Shown here in pieces: positions 39,916-50,300 of a DNA stretch of 64,000 nucleotides (the first letter of the stretch is position 1; each line of letters opens with the position of its first letter). Origin of the DNA: Polyangiaceae bacterium (GTDB lineage Bacteria > Myxococcota_A > Polyangia > Polyangiales > Polyangiaceae). The stretch covers positions 640,001 through 704,000 of the forward strand of contig CBDCTZ010000015.1 in the NCBI GenBank assembly GCA_965222375.1, read 5' to 3'. A model generated the notes under the pieces. That model did not search any database, was not told where the DNA came from, and worked only from the letters and a program-made list of their open reading frames with translations. Both the position numbers and the translations under genes were made by a program.

Positions 39916-40068
39916 TCAGGGACCAGACCAGTCGCCGTCGACGACAGACATGCTGAAGCTACCGGTCAGGGACCAGACTAGTCGCCGTCGACGACAGACA
40001 TGCTGAAGCTACCGGTCAGGGACCAGACTAGTCGCCGTCGACGACGGACATGCTGAAGCTACCGGTCA
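39916..40068. repeat. 50-bp tandem repeat x3 covering the 3' end of the adjacent gene
   Basis: Unit TCAGGGACCAGACTAGTCGCCGTCGACGACAGACATGCTGAAGCTACCGG starts at 39916, 39966 and 40016, with 2 variant positions. Confidence 0.95.
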
Positions 40069-40579
40069 CGGTCGCAGGACAGCTTCCACTTCCGAGCGCG
40101 GTGAAGTCGGCGAAGGAGAACGTGCCGACGGCGATGCCTCCCACGCCGGTATATTCGGTGAGCATCACCGAGCCGCTTCCAGCGCTGCAATCAGCGCTCG
40201 GCTGACGCCAGGTCGCGCTCGATTCCATAGTGCCAGTCCCGTATGGGTAATTGCCGATGGTCGCAGCGTTTAGATTCATGGTCACTACGCTGAACTTCTT
40301 GGTGGTCGCATTCAGATCGTAGTGCAAAGCCAGGTTGATGCCCGGCGCCCCTGAGCCGATGAAGTCGGAGAACGCCACAGCCTCGATCTGCGGATCGCAG
40401 CGGGAAGGATCGATCGCGCTCTGGGCCTCGTGATATTCGGTTCCGGCCCACGTCATCGTGTTGCTACTCTGGCAACTGGCCTTGGAACCCGTTCCGCCCG
40501 TTCCATCGGGCGTGTTGCTGCTGTCGCTGCCACAAGACACCAGGGCGAGCGCCCCCAAGAGAAAAAGGTTTGACCTCAT
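40028..40579 (-). CDS. Hypothetical lipoprotein
   Basis: LVSC lipobox and a beta-rich body ending VTGSF. Confidence 0.8.
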   Translation of the reverse strand: MRSNLFLLGALALVSCGSDSSNTPDGTGGTGSKASCQSSNTMTWAGTEYHEAQSAIDPSRCDPQIEAVAFSDFIGSGAPGINLALHYDLNATTKKFSVVTMNLNAATIGNYPYGTGTMESSATWRQPSADCSAGSGSVMLTEYTGVGGIAVGTFSFADFTALGSGSCPATVTGSFSMSVVDGD

Positions 40580-40714
40580 GGCGCCCAGACTGCGTCAAAC
40601 CTCTCGATTTGTCACGATTTGCGAGTTCAACGCGGGCGTTTGGACAAACAGAGCCAGGAACGCACCCCTTCGGACATTGCCCCTTCGGGCATCACGAAGC
40701 GCGTCACAAGCGCG

Positions 40715-40751
40715 CCGACTGCAGTCGCGCCGGGTTACAGGCGGCTCCCAA
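40715..40751 (-). repeat. Dispersed palindromic repeat, partial copy C
   Basis: Minus strand TTGGGAGCCGCCTGTAACCCGGCGCGACTGCAGTCGG aligns with 9307-9344 TTGGGAGCCGCGATGTAACTTGGCGCGACTGCAGTCGG. It starts 3 nt after a stop codon. Confidence 0.8.
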
Positions 40752-40754
40752 GAC

Positions 40755-43700
40755 TCAGTCGCACAGGGGGTCGTTGCCGCCCAGGGCGAACCACGCGGCG
40801 CGGTTGATCTTGCCCAGAATGGCGCCTGCGGTGCCGGGTAGGCGCGAGAAGCCAGCGTCGCGAATCGAGCCGCACAACAGGTTCGTGCCCGCACCTTCAG
40901 GCGTCCATTCGGGCGCACTGCTGGGGTCCCAACCTTCCATGTTCAGGATTGCGAGGGTGGCGTAGGCGACCTGCTTGGCCTTGGCGATTTCGAGGGCAAC
41001 CCAAAAACCGGTCTCGAAACCAGCCAGATTGGCGAGGTTGTCCAGGGCTTCCAGAACCTTGAGCCGCAGCTCCAACTCCGCCTTGCCCCGCGTCGAACTA
41101 CCGCCGCCGCTGCCATCGGGCAGCACGGCACGCACGGTGCCCGTGGGCATGTGTACCGAATAGTATGCCACCGGCGCTCCACTCTTGGGCACGATAGCCG
41201 TGTAGGTCTTGCTAACGTCCCAGAAGTATCCCTCCGCGATGCGCTTCCAGTCGGCAGCGTTGGGTGCATCCTTGAAGTGTGTGTGGAGCTGGTTAGCTTG
41301 CACCACTTCCAGCTCTTGGCTTCCGAGAAGCGAGACCGTGCTCGTGTCGTACAGCCCCGCTTCGTGGATGGCCTGCGCCGTCGTGCGCTCGAAATTGGTC
41401 TGCCAGGCGGCCGCCGGCGCTTGACCAATGGTCCGGTAGGGGGAAAACGGCATCAAGTCGATCTTGTCCAGGGAGGCGGCCTTGAACCTTGGTTGCCGCT
41501 GGAACGCGGTGACACGCACACCGGTGGGGAAGGTGGTTTCCGACGCGTCGGGAGCCGACAGTGGCATGTTGAGCCCCAAGGCTTTGGCCGGCAGCGAAGG
41601 CACACCAGCTTGCCAGGCATCTGCGAAAGCCTTTAGGTCGTCCCGGGAATCCCAAGCGGACTCATGGGCCAGACGGGCCTGCAACATATCCTCGGCAATG
41701 ATCGCCATGGGCGGCGCCGCGCCCTCGAAGACCAGCGTCGTAGAGCCGAATAGGGCGGCGTGCACCTCATCGGCATCGAGGGCCCTGCCAGATTCGGGTG
41801 CTTCATCAGGCTCGATGCCCGCCAGGGTGCGGGTGACTTCGCGCTTGCCTACCCTGACCGTGAGGTACAGTCCAACGAGAGCAGGCGGCGGCGCATCCGT
41901 GGGCAACGCCGTGTAGTTGCCGTTGTCCGTCGATGTCGCGCCGCTGAGTTTCACGTCGACTTTTCGCTGGGTTGGTCCGGTCGTCGGAGCACGGTAGCTC
42001 AGCTCGTAGTTCGCTCTCAGCCCCGGCAAGTTGGACGTGACCTGGGCCAGCGCGGCGGTGTGGTCCGTGACGGTGGCAGCCGCGCCGCCCGCAAGCTTGA
42101 CCATCTCGTTCATGGTGGACAGCTCGGTCGGGGAGACCGCGCCGGCTCCGAGCGCCAGAAGCGTGGCGTCGCTTTGGAGCAGGGTAGCTTCGATCTCGGG
42201 CGTCTTGGTATCCGTGCTGTCGAAGTCGCTGACGAGGATGACCATATCCACGTCGCGTTGCACGCCACGCTTCAGTCCCTTCCATACATCCGACCCCACC
42301 GCGAGGGTGTTGTCATATTGAGTCTCGATCTCCGCGACGGTGCCGACGAAAGGATGCGTTTCGGGTGTATCGATTGCACCCACGGCCATGACCGTATTCG
42401 GGTCCGCCAGAACCGTCGTCGCGATGTTGGACACGAAGGGCTTCAGGTTCGCCCCGCGAAACTGCGGATCGACACTTCCCGAACCGTCATACAGGAACAA
42501 GATGCGACGCTGAGTTGGCAGCGTGCGCAGTGAACCACCCAGTCGCGCGCCCTCCTCTTCCAGGTAGGTATCCGTGGCGGTGAGCCCCGGAACGTAGTCT
42601 CCCGCCTTGTCGAGCGCCGCGAACTGCACCCGCACGTTGGGAAATGTCTTGGCGTTGACGGAAACCACACTCAGCGTGTCGACGCTCGCAACCGCGTTGG
42701 GGTTTGCGGGATCGCTGAACTTGACGCCATTGAGGGTCACGGTGCCGTCGGCATTCCACGCCAAGCGGTCGCCTCGCAGAGTAAAGGCGTCGCCAATTTC
42801 GGTGAACTTGCTGCCGTCCTCGACGCTGAGGTCGCTACCCTCCACGCTGAGCATGGGTATGAACGTGGTGACCTCCTCGATCTTCGCCGGCATCATCTGA
42901 ATGAAGGGCAAGGGCGGTCGCGCCTGCACGCTGACCCGGCGCCCGACCAACTCTTCCGCCTTCCACGTCTTCTCGACCAGGTCGATGGGGTCCTTATTGT
43001 CTGGGCCGAAGGCCTTGCGGGTCCAGAGCTTGACGGTCACATCCGTGGACGTTGGAGCATTGCCCGAGAAGGGGTTGCCCTCCATATAGCTCTCGCCAAA
43101 CTTGCCATCGGAAACGACTGGGTTGGCGAACTGCTCGGTCCCGTTGATCGTCACGACGACCGCAGGGAAGTTGTGACCGAGCAAGTCGCTCACGTCTTCG
43201 AGCACCGCAGGAGGCGTGACGAGGACGGAAAGCTTGGTGGCCAGCGCCTTGGTCTGGCTGCCGTCCTGGTCGACGAAAGAGAAAGGATTGTCCGGGGCCT
43301 GCACGCCGACCATGCTTTGCCAGCGCGTTGCCGTATTGTCGGCGTCGGCGATCTGAAACGCCGGGCGCACGACTCGGGGAAAGAGGATCGCCAGGGAGCG
43401 CTTCGAGGGTTCGAGCTTGCCCTGCTTGATGGTCGCTTCGAAGCCGGCCTGTTCGTAGAGGCTCTTGAGCACCTCTACCTTGTCTCGCGGCGACCCGGCG
43501 CCGCCGCGAAGCGTCCCCCGCACACCGTAGTAGGACGAGTTTGCCACCGAATTGAAGACGCTGACGTTGGTCGGAGGCACGGTCTGAATTCGATCTCGCA
43601 CGAACTCGTAGATCTTGGTCGGGTCCTTGGTGGCGACCACTTCTTCGGAGCGAGCGATCAAGTGGTCGGGACTCTTGCGCACCGCATCTTTCGCCTCGCG

Positions 43701-43979
43701 CCACACGTCGAACCAATCGCTACCCGTTGAACCGCCGGCGCCACCAGCTCCGCCTGCACCGCCGGCGCCACTCGCACCGGCCGCACCCGAGCTGCCACCG
43801 GTGTTGCTGCTCGAAGACGAGTCGTCGCCACCGCAGGCCACCAGGCAGCTGGCCAACGCCAGTGCAAAGGCGCCGGCTTTGCTCAAGCTCGTGGCGCGGC
43901 TTTTGGCCGCGGCCGGGCGCGGCTGAGCCGGGACAGACGGTTTCGAAGGAGTCGTCGTCGATGCGTACCTGAGAGTCAT
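40755..43979 (-). CDS. Large lipoprotein with transglutaminase-like N-terminal region and vWA domain
   Basis: LVAC lipobox, IYEFVRDRI…YGVRGTLRGGAGSPRDK, MIDAS-like LYDGSGSV and ILVSD. Confidence 0.78.
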   Translation of the reverse strand: MTLRYASTTTPSKPSVPAQPRPAAAKSRATSLSKAGAFALALASCLVACGGDDSSSSSNTGGSSGAAGASGAGGAGGAGGAGGSTGSDWFDVWREAKDAVRKSPDHLIARSEEVVATKDPTKIYEFVRDRIQTVPPTNVSVFNSVANSSYYGVRGTLRGGAGSPRDKVEVLKSLYEQAGFEATIKQGKLEPSKRSLAILFPRVVRPAFQIADADNTATRWQSMVGVQAPDNPFSFVDQDGSQTKALATKLSVLVTPPAVLEDVSDLLGHNFPAVVVTINGTEQFANPVVSDGKFGESYMEGNPFSGNAPTSTDVTVKLWTRKAFGPDNKDPIDLVEKTWKAEELVGRRVSVQARPPLPFIQMMPAKIEEVTTFIPMLSVEGSDLSVEDGSKFTEIGDAFTLRGDRLAWNADGTVTLNGVKFSDPANPNAVASVDTLSVVSVNAKTFPNVRVQFAALDKAGDYVPGLTATDTYLEEEGARLGGSLRTLPTQRRILFLYDGSGSVDPQFRGANLKPFVSNIATTVLADPNTVMAVGAIDTPETHPFVGTVAEIETQYDNTLAVGSDVWKGLKRGVQRDVDMVILVSDFDSTDTKTPEIEATLLQSDATLLALGAGAVSPTELSTMNEMVKLAGGAAATVTDHTAALAQVTSNLPGLRANYELSYRAPTTGPTQRKVDVKLSGATSTDNGNYTALPTDAPPPALVGLYLTVRVGKREVTRTLAGIEPDEAPESGRALDADEVHAALFGSTTLVFEGAAPPMAIIAEDMLQARLAHESAWDSRDDLKAFADAWQAGVPSLPAKALGLNMPLSAPDASETTFPTGVRVTAFQRQPRFKAASLDKIDLMPFSPYRTIGQAPAAAWQTNFERTTAQAIHEAGLYDTSTVSLLGSQELEVVQANQLHTHFKDAPNAADWKRIAEGYFWDVSKTYTAIVPKSGAPVAYYSVHMPTGTVRAVLPDGSGGGSSTRGKAELELRLKVLEALDNLANLAGFETGFWVALEIAKAKQVAYATLAILNMEGWDPSSAPEWTPEGAGTNLLCGSIRDAGFSRLPGTAGAILGKINRAAWFALGGNDPLCD

Positions 43980-44238
43980 GGTTCCTCGGTGGGTCATTGC
44001 TTGCTAACCGTACGCAGTTCTGGCGCGACCCCCCCTCGATGCGCCAGGGGCTGGACCGGAATTCACGCTCTGATCACGCCGGGATCACACTGAGAGGGGC
44101 GTTTTTTCTGGCACAGCGGATCTTCGCACTGCAGCTGTTGTAGAAGGCCTCGCGTCGAGCCCGCTCGGACGGAGCGGACCTTCGCAGAGGCCTTTTCCGC
44201 ACTACTCCTGACTCGCGCTCCGCCTGAGGGCTCCAGCG

Positions 44239-44841
44239 ATGAGGCGTAGCACGGCTCCGTCTGACCCTGGTCATTCGTGAGTGTGCGCCCACCGTGCGAA
44301 CGCGGCGCACGCCGTCATTCGTAAGTGTGCACCGGCGGTGCACCCAGCGGGCTCCGCACCAACCACGCCGAGCGCAAAGGCTAAGGTGGTGTACCGGGGC
44401 GGCAGGCATGAACTTTCAACCCGTCGAAGCGCTTCCCAAGAAAGAGGACACCGGAAGCAAAGCGATGCCGGCCAAGGAATTCAGGCTCGAGGGCAGTGAG
44501 GGACAGCGGTTCGTGTGATCCTGTCGGAGTTTCCGGCCGGCGCGGGTGGGCCGGCGGAGAGCGGCGACGTCTACGCTCTGTTGATGATGGGCCGGTCCAC
44601 CTATTTGGCCGATTCCAAGCCCGCGGAGTCCAAGGTTGAGCGGACCATCCTGGGCAAAAAGACCAGCGGCGACAGGTCCAGCGGCAGCATCCCCCGCCCG
44701 ACCATCTCCGAATCTTACGTGTTCGAGCGCGCGCCGAAACACTACGTCTTCCTGGGGTTCAAGTACGACAAGACCTTCGACCCAAAGCGTGCCGAGTCCC
44801 TGATCGAGAGCGTGTGCTCATCACTCGAGGTACAGAAGTAG
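44239..44841 (+). pseudogene. Multiply frameshifted hypothetical gene
   Basis: Coding-like segments in successive frames (AKVVYRG / AGMNFQPV…QRFV / ILSEFPAG…). TTCGTGTGATCCTG looks like a GT duplication. Confidence 0.5.
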
Positions 44842-44846
44842 CGCTT

Positions 44847-46025
44847 CTAGCGATGCAGCCCCAGGTGACCGGCGATGCAACCTGCGGCGGTAGTTTGAAT
44901 GCCGACGGTTTGGCTTTGAGGTGGATACATGTATCCGAACAGCGTGCACATCTCGTTTTCGCCGATTCCGTAAACGATGGGCTTGGCTAGGTCGTTCACC
45001 ACACTGCATGTGTAACGAATGCTCTTCACCCCAGCTAGGGAGACAGGGCTATCGAACACCTTGATGTCCGTTTCTGTATCGAAAGCCCCCTTATCGAGCA
45101 CGTTGGTGCTCGTCCCGTCCGCGTGAACCAAGTCGACGCGTACCGCCTCGGCGCGTTTGTGGGTGTGGGGCATCATGGTAACGAAATTCCCGCCGTACAG
45201 AGCACACTCGGTAGTGACGTCACCCTTGGACTTTGCGGGCACCTCGAAGGCCAGGTTGTCGAAGTAGTACGGGACCAAGTCCTCGGTCACCTCGCTCGCG
45301 GGCATCGTGTACACGTCGTACACAGCCTGCGCGCGCACCGTCTGGGTGCTCGCGTTCAGCCAGTGCACTTCACTCGCAACTTCGCGACCTTCCGTGGTCA
45401 GCTTGAACGCCAGGCCCGGTGCAAATGTGAGCGCTTCGCTTCCGCGAATCGCTGTCGAGTTGGCGAACACCACGTCAGGAATGTCTCCGGACACGGCGCT
45501 GACGATATGCTTGGACAGCTCGCCTTGGTTGGTTGCACAACCCGGATACGGGCTTGGCCCCTCGTCGCTATAGCTAACTCCCAACAGATTGGCGTGATGC
45601 AGCCCAGACGTGACGTGGATCACCACGGAGTAGACGTGTCTGTTCGCGAGCTTTGGGTATGGCCACGCCACGCATTCGGTGCGCTCTTCTCCAGGTGTCA
45701 GGGCGCGCTCCGGGAGGACGAGACGGAAGCCGCTCTTTGGCGGGGGAGGTAGGTCTAAGAGGTCGGTGTCGTGACTGCCGAAACTGACGACGTTGTCGAC
45801 ATCCACGGGCTGCTCGGGTTCATAGCGCCGGACGGGGTCGACGCAGCGACCTTCGAATAGCTCTTCATTGTTACCGCAGACGGTCTGTCCATCACCGCCC
45901 TCGGCACCTGCCTCGACGGTCGCGGGTGTGGCCGGCCCAGCATCATTGGTCCCGCAAGCAACCAACTCTGAAGCGAGCGCCGCGACCAGCAAGGGTGTGA
46001 ATGTGCGACTATGCACGAAGAGCAA
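44847..46025 (-). CDS. Copper type II ascorbate-dependent monooxygenase-like (PHM/DBH-like) lipoprotein
   Basis: GLHH, EVHWLN, MPHTH and NEMC copper-ligand motifs. LVAC lipobox. The start is uncertain. Confidence 0.82.
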   Translation of the reverse strand: MLFVHSRTFTPLLVAALASELVACGTNDAGPATPATVEAGAEGGDGQTVCGNNEELFEGRCVDPVRRYEPEQPVDVDNVVSFGSHDTDLLDLPPPPKSGFRLVLPERALTPGEERTECVAWPYPKLANRHVYSVVIHVTSGLHHANLLGVSYSDEGPSPYPGCATNQGELSKHIVSAVSGDIPDVVFANSTAIRGSEALTFAPGLAFKLTTEGREVASEVHWLNASTQTVRAQAVYDVYTMPASEVTEDLVPYYFDNLAFEVPAKSKGDVTTECALYGGNFVTMMPHTHKRAEAVRVDLVHADGTSTNVLDKGAFDTETDIKVFDSPVSLAGVKSIRYTCSVVNDLAKPIVYGIGENEMCTLFGYMYPPQSQTVGIQTTAAGCIAGHLGLHR

Positions 46026-46036
46026 TCCTACGGGGC

Positions 46037-47563
46037 TCAGTCGCGGAACTCAAGCGGGTCCACGCCCGAGCTGACCGGCGCGGGTGTCGAGCTGGCAGGC
46101 GCGCTTGGCCTCGACTTGTCGGCAGTGGTCAGCACTGGCTTGGTAGCACGGGAGCGCTTGTCGGAGTTCTTGGATGCTCGAGAAGGCGTCGAATGCGCGT
46201 GCTGCAGTGCCGACCCAACACTGTCAGCGCTGCTTATAGGCGGCGACGCGGTTGGCGCATCAACGCTTGCTGACGCGGCCTGCGTTGCGGCACTACCGGG
46301 TCCGTCTGTCGCGTGCCCGGACGCAACCGTTCCGGAAAGCGTGGCACCCGCACTGCGCGTCACCTGGGTTGCCTTGTACTTCTTGCCCCCAGCTGGATTG
46401 ACTCCGCCCAGGATCGGGCCGGAACCAAGCACCCAAGCGGCGAAACCCAGCGCGGCTACAGCAGCCACCAACCACGGCCACCGCGTCGCCTTCTGAGCAA
46501 CTGACAGCGGGACGGTCACGCTGGTTTGGGTCGGCCCGGCGCTCGATTCGGCGCCAGCAGGGTCGCTGCCCAACACCCGTCCGAGACCGAACGCCCCGGG
46601 AGTGTCTTCGGTTTCCGTTTCGTCCGAGTTGGCGGGCGACTGCGCGCCAACAACAACTTGTCCCGGTGGGCGTTCTCGAAGCTGCGTCGACAGTCGTTCG
46701 AGAGCCTGAAAGAGATCTTGCGCACTGGCGTAGCGTGACGCTGGGTCCTTCTTTAGGCAACGAGCCACGATCTCAGCAAGCTGAGCGGGTGCATCCGGCC
46801 GCACCTCGAGCAGATCTGGTGGGTCATCCGACACAATGGATGCGCCAAGCCCCGGTAGGCTGTCGGCTTCGAAGGCAGGCCGACCCGAAACGCATTCGAA
46901 TATCGTAGCCCCTAGGCTCCAAATGTCACTGCGCACGTCGGCCGCCCGTGCGCTTCGTAGTTGCTCCGGCGCCATGTATAGCGGTGTACCGAGCAGCGCA
47001 CCGGTCTCGGTGAATGCCTCTCTAGCAAGTGTAGGCGATCCGATCTTCGAAACGCCAAAGTCCAAGATCTTCAGGATCGATTCTCCGTCGTCTCCGTTGC
47101 AAACAAACAGATTGGAGGGCTTGATGTCTCGATGCACGATGCTGCGTTCATGGGCTTCATGAAGGGCTTCACAAGCGTGCAGAGCAAAGCGCACGACATC
47201 CGCGATTGGAAGCACACCGCGAGCAATGAGCAACTCTCGAAGATTCGAACCCTGAAGCCGCTCCATGGCGATGTAGGCGATGTCTTCGACCTGCCCTGCC
47301 TCAATCACCCGCACGACGTGGGAGCTCTGTAGAGCGGCAACCGTGCGCGCTTCGCGGATCAGTCTCGCCGCGCGTTTGGCGCTGTGTTTGCGGAGGAACT
47401 TGATCGCGACAATGCGTCCCAGGGGCAACTGCTCCGCCTCGAGGACGATGCTCATTCCGCCCTTACCAAGCACACCCAGAATGCGGTAACGCTCGATGAA
47501 CACGGTACCCACCTTGGGAACCCCGGCATCATCGAGAGCGGGCTGTGTGTCGTCCCGAGTCAC
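46037..47563 (-). CDS. Membrane-anchored Ser/Thr protein kinase
   Basis: LGKGGMS, VAIK, HRDIKPSN, DFG and YMAPEQ, plus a TM helix. Confidence 0.95.
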   Translation of the reverse strand: MTRDDTQPALDDAGVPKVGTVFIERYRILGVLGKGGMSIVLEAEQLPLGRIVAIKFLRKHSAKRAARLIREARTVAALQSSHVVRVIEAGQVEDIAYIAMERLQGSNLRELLIARGVLPIADVVRFALHACEALHEAHERSIVHRDIKPSNLFVCNGDDGESILKILDFGVSKIGSPTLAREAFTETGALLGTPLYMAPEQLRSARAADVRSDIWSLGATIFECVSGRPAFEADSLPGLGASIVSDDPPDLLEVRPDAPAQLAEIVARCLKKDPASRYASAQDLFQALERLSTQLRERPPGQVVVGAQSPANSDETETEDTPGAFGLGRVLGSDPAGAESSAGPTQTSVTVPLSVAQKATRWPWLVAAVAALGFAAWVLGSGPILGGVNPAGGKKYKATQVTRSAGATLSGTVASGHATDGPGSAATQAASASVDAPTASPPISSADSVGSALQHAHSTPSRASKNSDKRSRATKPVLTTADKSRPSAPASSTPAPVSSGVDPLEFRD

Positions 47564-49008
47564 GACCGCACCCCGCGCTCCACACCGAAGCGTTTCATCA
47601 AGCGGATCAGCGCATGGCGGTTCTTCAACCCAAGATCTCGAAACGCCCGAGACTGGTTTCCACCATGCCGATCGAGGGCTGCACGCACCTCCTCTGGTGT
47701 TGGAAGTGTGTTCTCCTCTCTGTCAGGAGACGTGTCGCGCAGCGCAGCGAGCACGGAGGGTGTTGCTTCGACCGTGTCGCCAGTGCTTTCGCGCACCGCC
47801 TGCCACAACAAGCTCTCAACCTCCCGCGCGTGATGCTGATAGGAGTGCCGCACCAACCGGTCGACCAGGTCTGGTTCGAGTAGCGGCTGTCCCTCTTCCA
47901 GCTCCGAGCGGTCGACAAACGCTCCCGCGATTTCTGGGTTCTGCTTGGCCATTCCGCGAAGCATGCTTCGGACCAGTAGGGGAACGTCTTCACAGCGCTC
48001 CTTCAAAGTCGGAATTCGAACCTGGATTTTCAAGCGAGCGACCAAATCGTGGCGCAAATCCCCGGGGCCACGGTTGGTGGCACAAATGAGTCGGAAGTTG
48101 GAGCTACGCGTCTGAGCATCCCCGAGCCGTTGGTACTCTCCGCCGGAATCCAAGACTCGAAGCAAGTGGGCCTGCAGCGCTTCCGGGAATTCCGCGATTT
48201 CGTCCAGGAACAGGGTGGACTTGTCACAAGCACCAATGAGCCCGGGACGCCCGGGCATGCCAGGATTTGGGTAATCTTTGATGTTCCCAAAAAGCTCCGC
48301 ATCGACGAGAGCCTCTGGAAAAGTGGCCGCGTTGCGCGACACCATGGCCTGAGAGGCGCCAACACCCAGCTCATGGATCATTCTGGCGGCCAACTCTTTT
48401 CCGGTGCCGCTCTCACCAAGCACGAGGCAGTGCTGCTTGGAGAGGGCGGCAAACGCAATACTCTCCCTCAGTGCCCAAGTCGTGGGGCTCTCGCCGATCA
48501 TGCCGTAGGCATCCGCGTCACCAAACGCTCGGATCGCTGACTTTGGCAGACGCTTCAGGGGCGCAATGCGCGCGGCCCGGCGCACACAAATCAACAGTAG
48601 CTGACCGCCGAGCATCACCGTATCGCCTGGCTTCAAGTCCGCTTCTTGCTTCAGAGCACCATTCACGCGCATCACAAGTCGACCGAGCCGCCGTGCCTTC
48701 AGAACACCGGCGCTGGGCGTCACCAAGAGCTGTGCACGTGAAAGCGCACTCCCTTCTAGATCACCCGTGGGCTCCCAGTTCCCCGGTCGCTGGCGCGCAA
48801 ACCGCACTCGCTCGGCGGGATCATCCTCCCGTGCACCCCCGCGTCCGATGAGCCGCGCACCGCTGCCCGCGGGAAACAGCGTGACCTCGCCCGCTCGCTG
48901 AGGCTCCGCCCGACTCCAGCCGATCGCGAGGGCAAGGTGCTGCGGCTGTTTTCCGTACGAAGCGCCGCCCCGCTCTATCTCGTCCCCCGTGGAATCGCTC
49001 GCTTTCAC
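47560..49008 (-). CDS. NtrC-like AAA+ regulator with FHA-like N-terminus and DYPNPG replacing GAFTGA
   Basis: GESGTGKE, ELFGNIKDYPNPG, FLDEIAE and a Fis-like HTH. Overlaps the kinase start. Confidence 0.88.
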   Translation of the reverse strand: MKASDSTGDEIERGGASYGKQPQHLALAIGWSRAEPQRAGEVTLFPAGSGARLIGRGGAREDDPAERVRFARQRPGNWEPTGDLEGSALSRAQLLVTPSAGVLKARRLGRLVMRVNGALKQEADLKPGDTVMLGGQLLLICVRRAARIAPLKRLPKSAIRAFGDADAYGMIGESPTTWALRESIAFAALSKQHCLVLGESGTGKELAARMIHELGVGASQAMVSRNAATFPEALVDAELFGNIKDYPNPGMPGRPGLIGACDKSTLFLDEIAEFPEALQAHLLRVLDSGGEYQRLGDAQTRSSNFRLICATNRGPGDLRHDLVARLKIQVRIPTLKERCEDVPLLVRSMLRGMAKQNPEIAGAFVDRSELEEGQPLLEPDLVDRLVRHSYQHHAREVESLLWQAVRESTGDTVEATPSVLAALRDTSPDREENTLPTPEEVRAALDRHGGNQSRAFRDLGLKNRHALIRLMKRFGVERGVRS

Positions 49009-49046
49009 CCCTGCGAGTATAGCGCGTCTGCCTGGCGGCCCAGCGC

Positions 49047-50084
49047 TCAGAACGTCGCCCGCAGGTTAGCGTGGCCCAACCCGAGACGAAGGGATAGACG
49101 GGTTTGGGCCTGAGATGCTCTGGGCGGGTCGCGTAGTATGAAGTAGGCTCCCAGCCCTGTCGCGACAACGCCAAGCCCAATGCCAACATTCGCGAGCCAC
49201 GCGTTCCGCACGGCAGAGTCGCTCAGGCGGCTTTCTTCAGCGTTGCAGCCATCACGACAACCCTCATCTGCTTCCTGATCGAGCTGCACGGCCCTGATGC
49301 CAAAGTAGGTGCCCACACCCAAGCTTGCCAGCCCCGCGGCGCCGAGCACGTAGCCGAGGGTGGGTGGGCTGGCATCAGCCTGAGCCGCGCCCGAAGTGCC
49401 CGGTGGGACAGCTTCGCCCTTCATGGTGGGTTTGGCTGCCGGCAGAGGTCGGGGGGGTGGCGTTGGCTCCAGCTGAGCTACTCGTACTTGCACGGTCTTC
49501 GTTTCTCCCACCTCCAACGAATACGTCCAGCTCTCATGCTTCGGTGCGCTCGCGACGACTGTGTGCCGACCTTGGTCTACGGGGATCCTGGAGCCCCACG
49601 CAGCACGACCAATGACCGTTCCGTCCAAGCGAATGACGAGACGGTCGAGTCGAGCGGGCTCTGGCACGACGAGCACGATACGGCTGAGCTGCGAGTCCAA
49701 TTCCTCCAAGCGTTCGCGCGCAAGTTCCACCCGCTTGGGGCGTCCCTCGCGCACTGCCTGTGCCAGGGCCTGGCGATACTCGGTCCACGCGGTGGCCTTC
49801 TTACCAACGCGCTGATGGCACACGGCTAGGTTCAGGAGCGTGCCACCTTTCGGATCCAGGCGCTGACTCTCCTCCAGTTTCGGGCATGCTGTGGCAAAAT
49901 CCCCATCTCGCATGAGCTCGCGAGCTTCCTGGAACAGAGCCTCGGCAACCGCCGATGTCGAGGTCTGCCCGTCGGCCGAACCCGTGAGCAGACACGCCGC
50001 GAGGGTCAGCGAGCCGACGAGCCAGCGCGGTCGGCAAGTCCGTTCCGACGCACAGGTGGTTGTCTGCCGTGGTAGTTGGCCCAT
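49047..50084 (-). CDS. TPR/PEGA-like exported protein
   Basis: AEALFQEARELM…ACPKLEESQRLDP.GGTLLNLA.C and IPVDQGRH. The start is uncertain. Confidence 0.85.
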   Translation of the reverse strand: MGQLPRQTTTCASERTCRPRWLVGSLTLAACLLTGSADGQTSTSAVAEALFQEARELMRDGDFATACPKLEESQRLDPKGGTLLNLAVCHQRVGKKATAWTEYRQALAQAVREGRPKRVELARERLEELDSQLSRIVLVVPEPARLDRLVIRLDGTVIGRAAWGSRIPVDQGRHTVVASAPKHESWTYSLEVGETKTVQVRVAQLEPTPPPRPLPAAKPTMKGEAVPPGTSGAAQADASPPTLGYVLGAAGLASLGVGTYFGIRAVQLDQEADEGCRDGCNAEESRLSDSAVRNAWLANVGIGLGVVATGLGAYFILRDPPRASQAQTRLSLRLGLGHANLRATF

Positions 50085-50300
50085 AAATCCGAGTACAAAA
50101 CGCGTGCGAAAAACACGAGCAGTGCTGGCCAAGGTTAGCATGCCCTCTTCCGCCCGTGCACGGTCGGCTCGACTCCCACGCCGACCTCGACGACGGCCAA
50201 GGCCGCGGTTCACGGCTCGCGGATCGTAACGACTGCAACGAGCAGTCCGCGCGGTGTAGGATGGGGAACGTCGCCGCAACGTTGGGCGGGCGAGGGCATC

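Noticed and set aside
39916..40068. Possible CRISPR array
   Set aside because: The units are head-to-tail with no unique spacers, match a gene end, and there are no cas genes.
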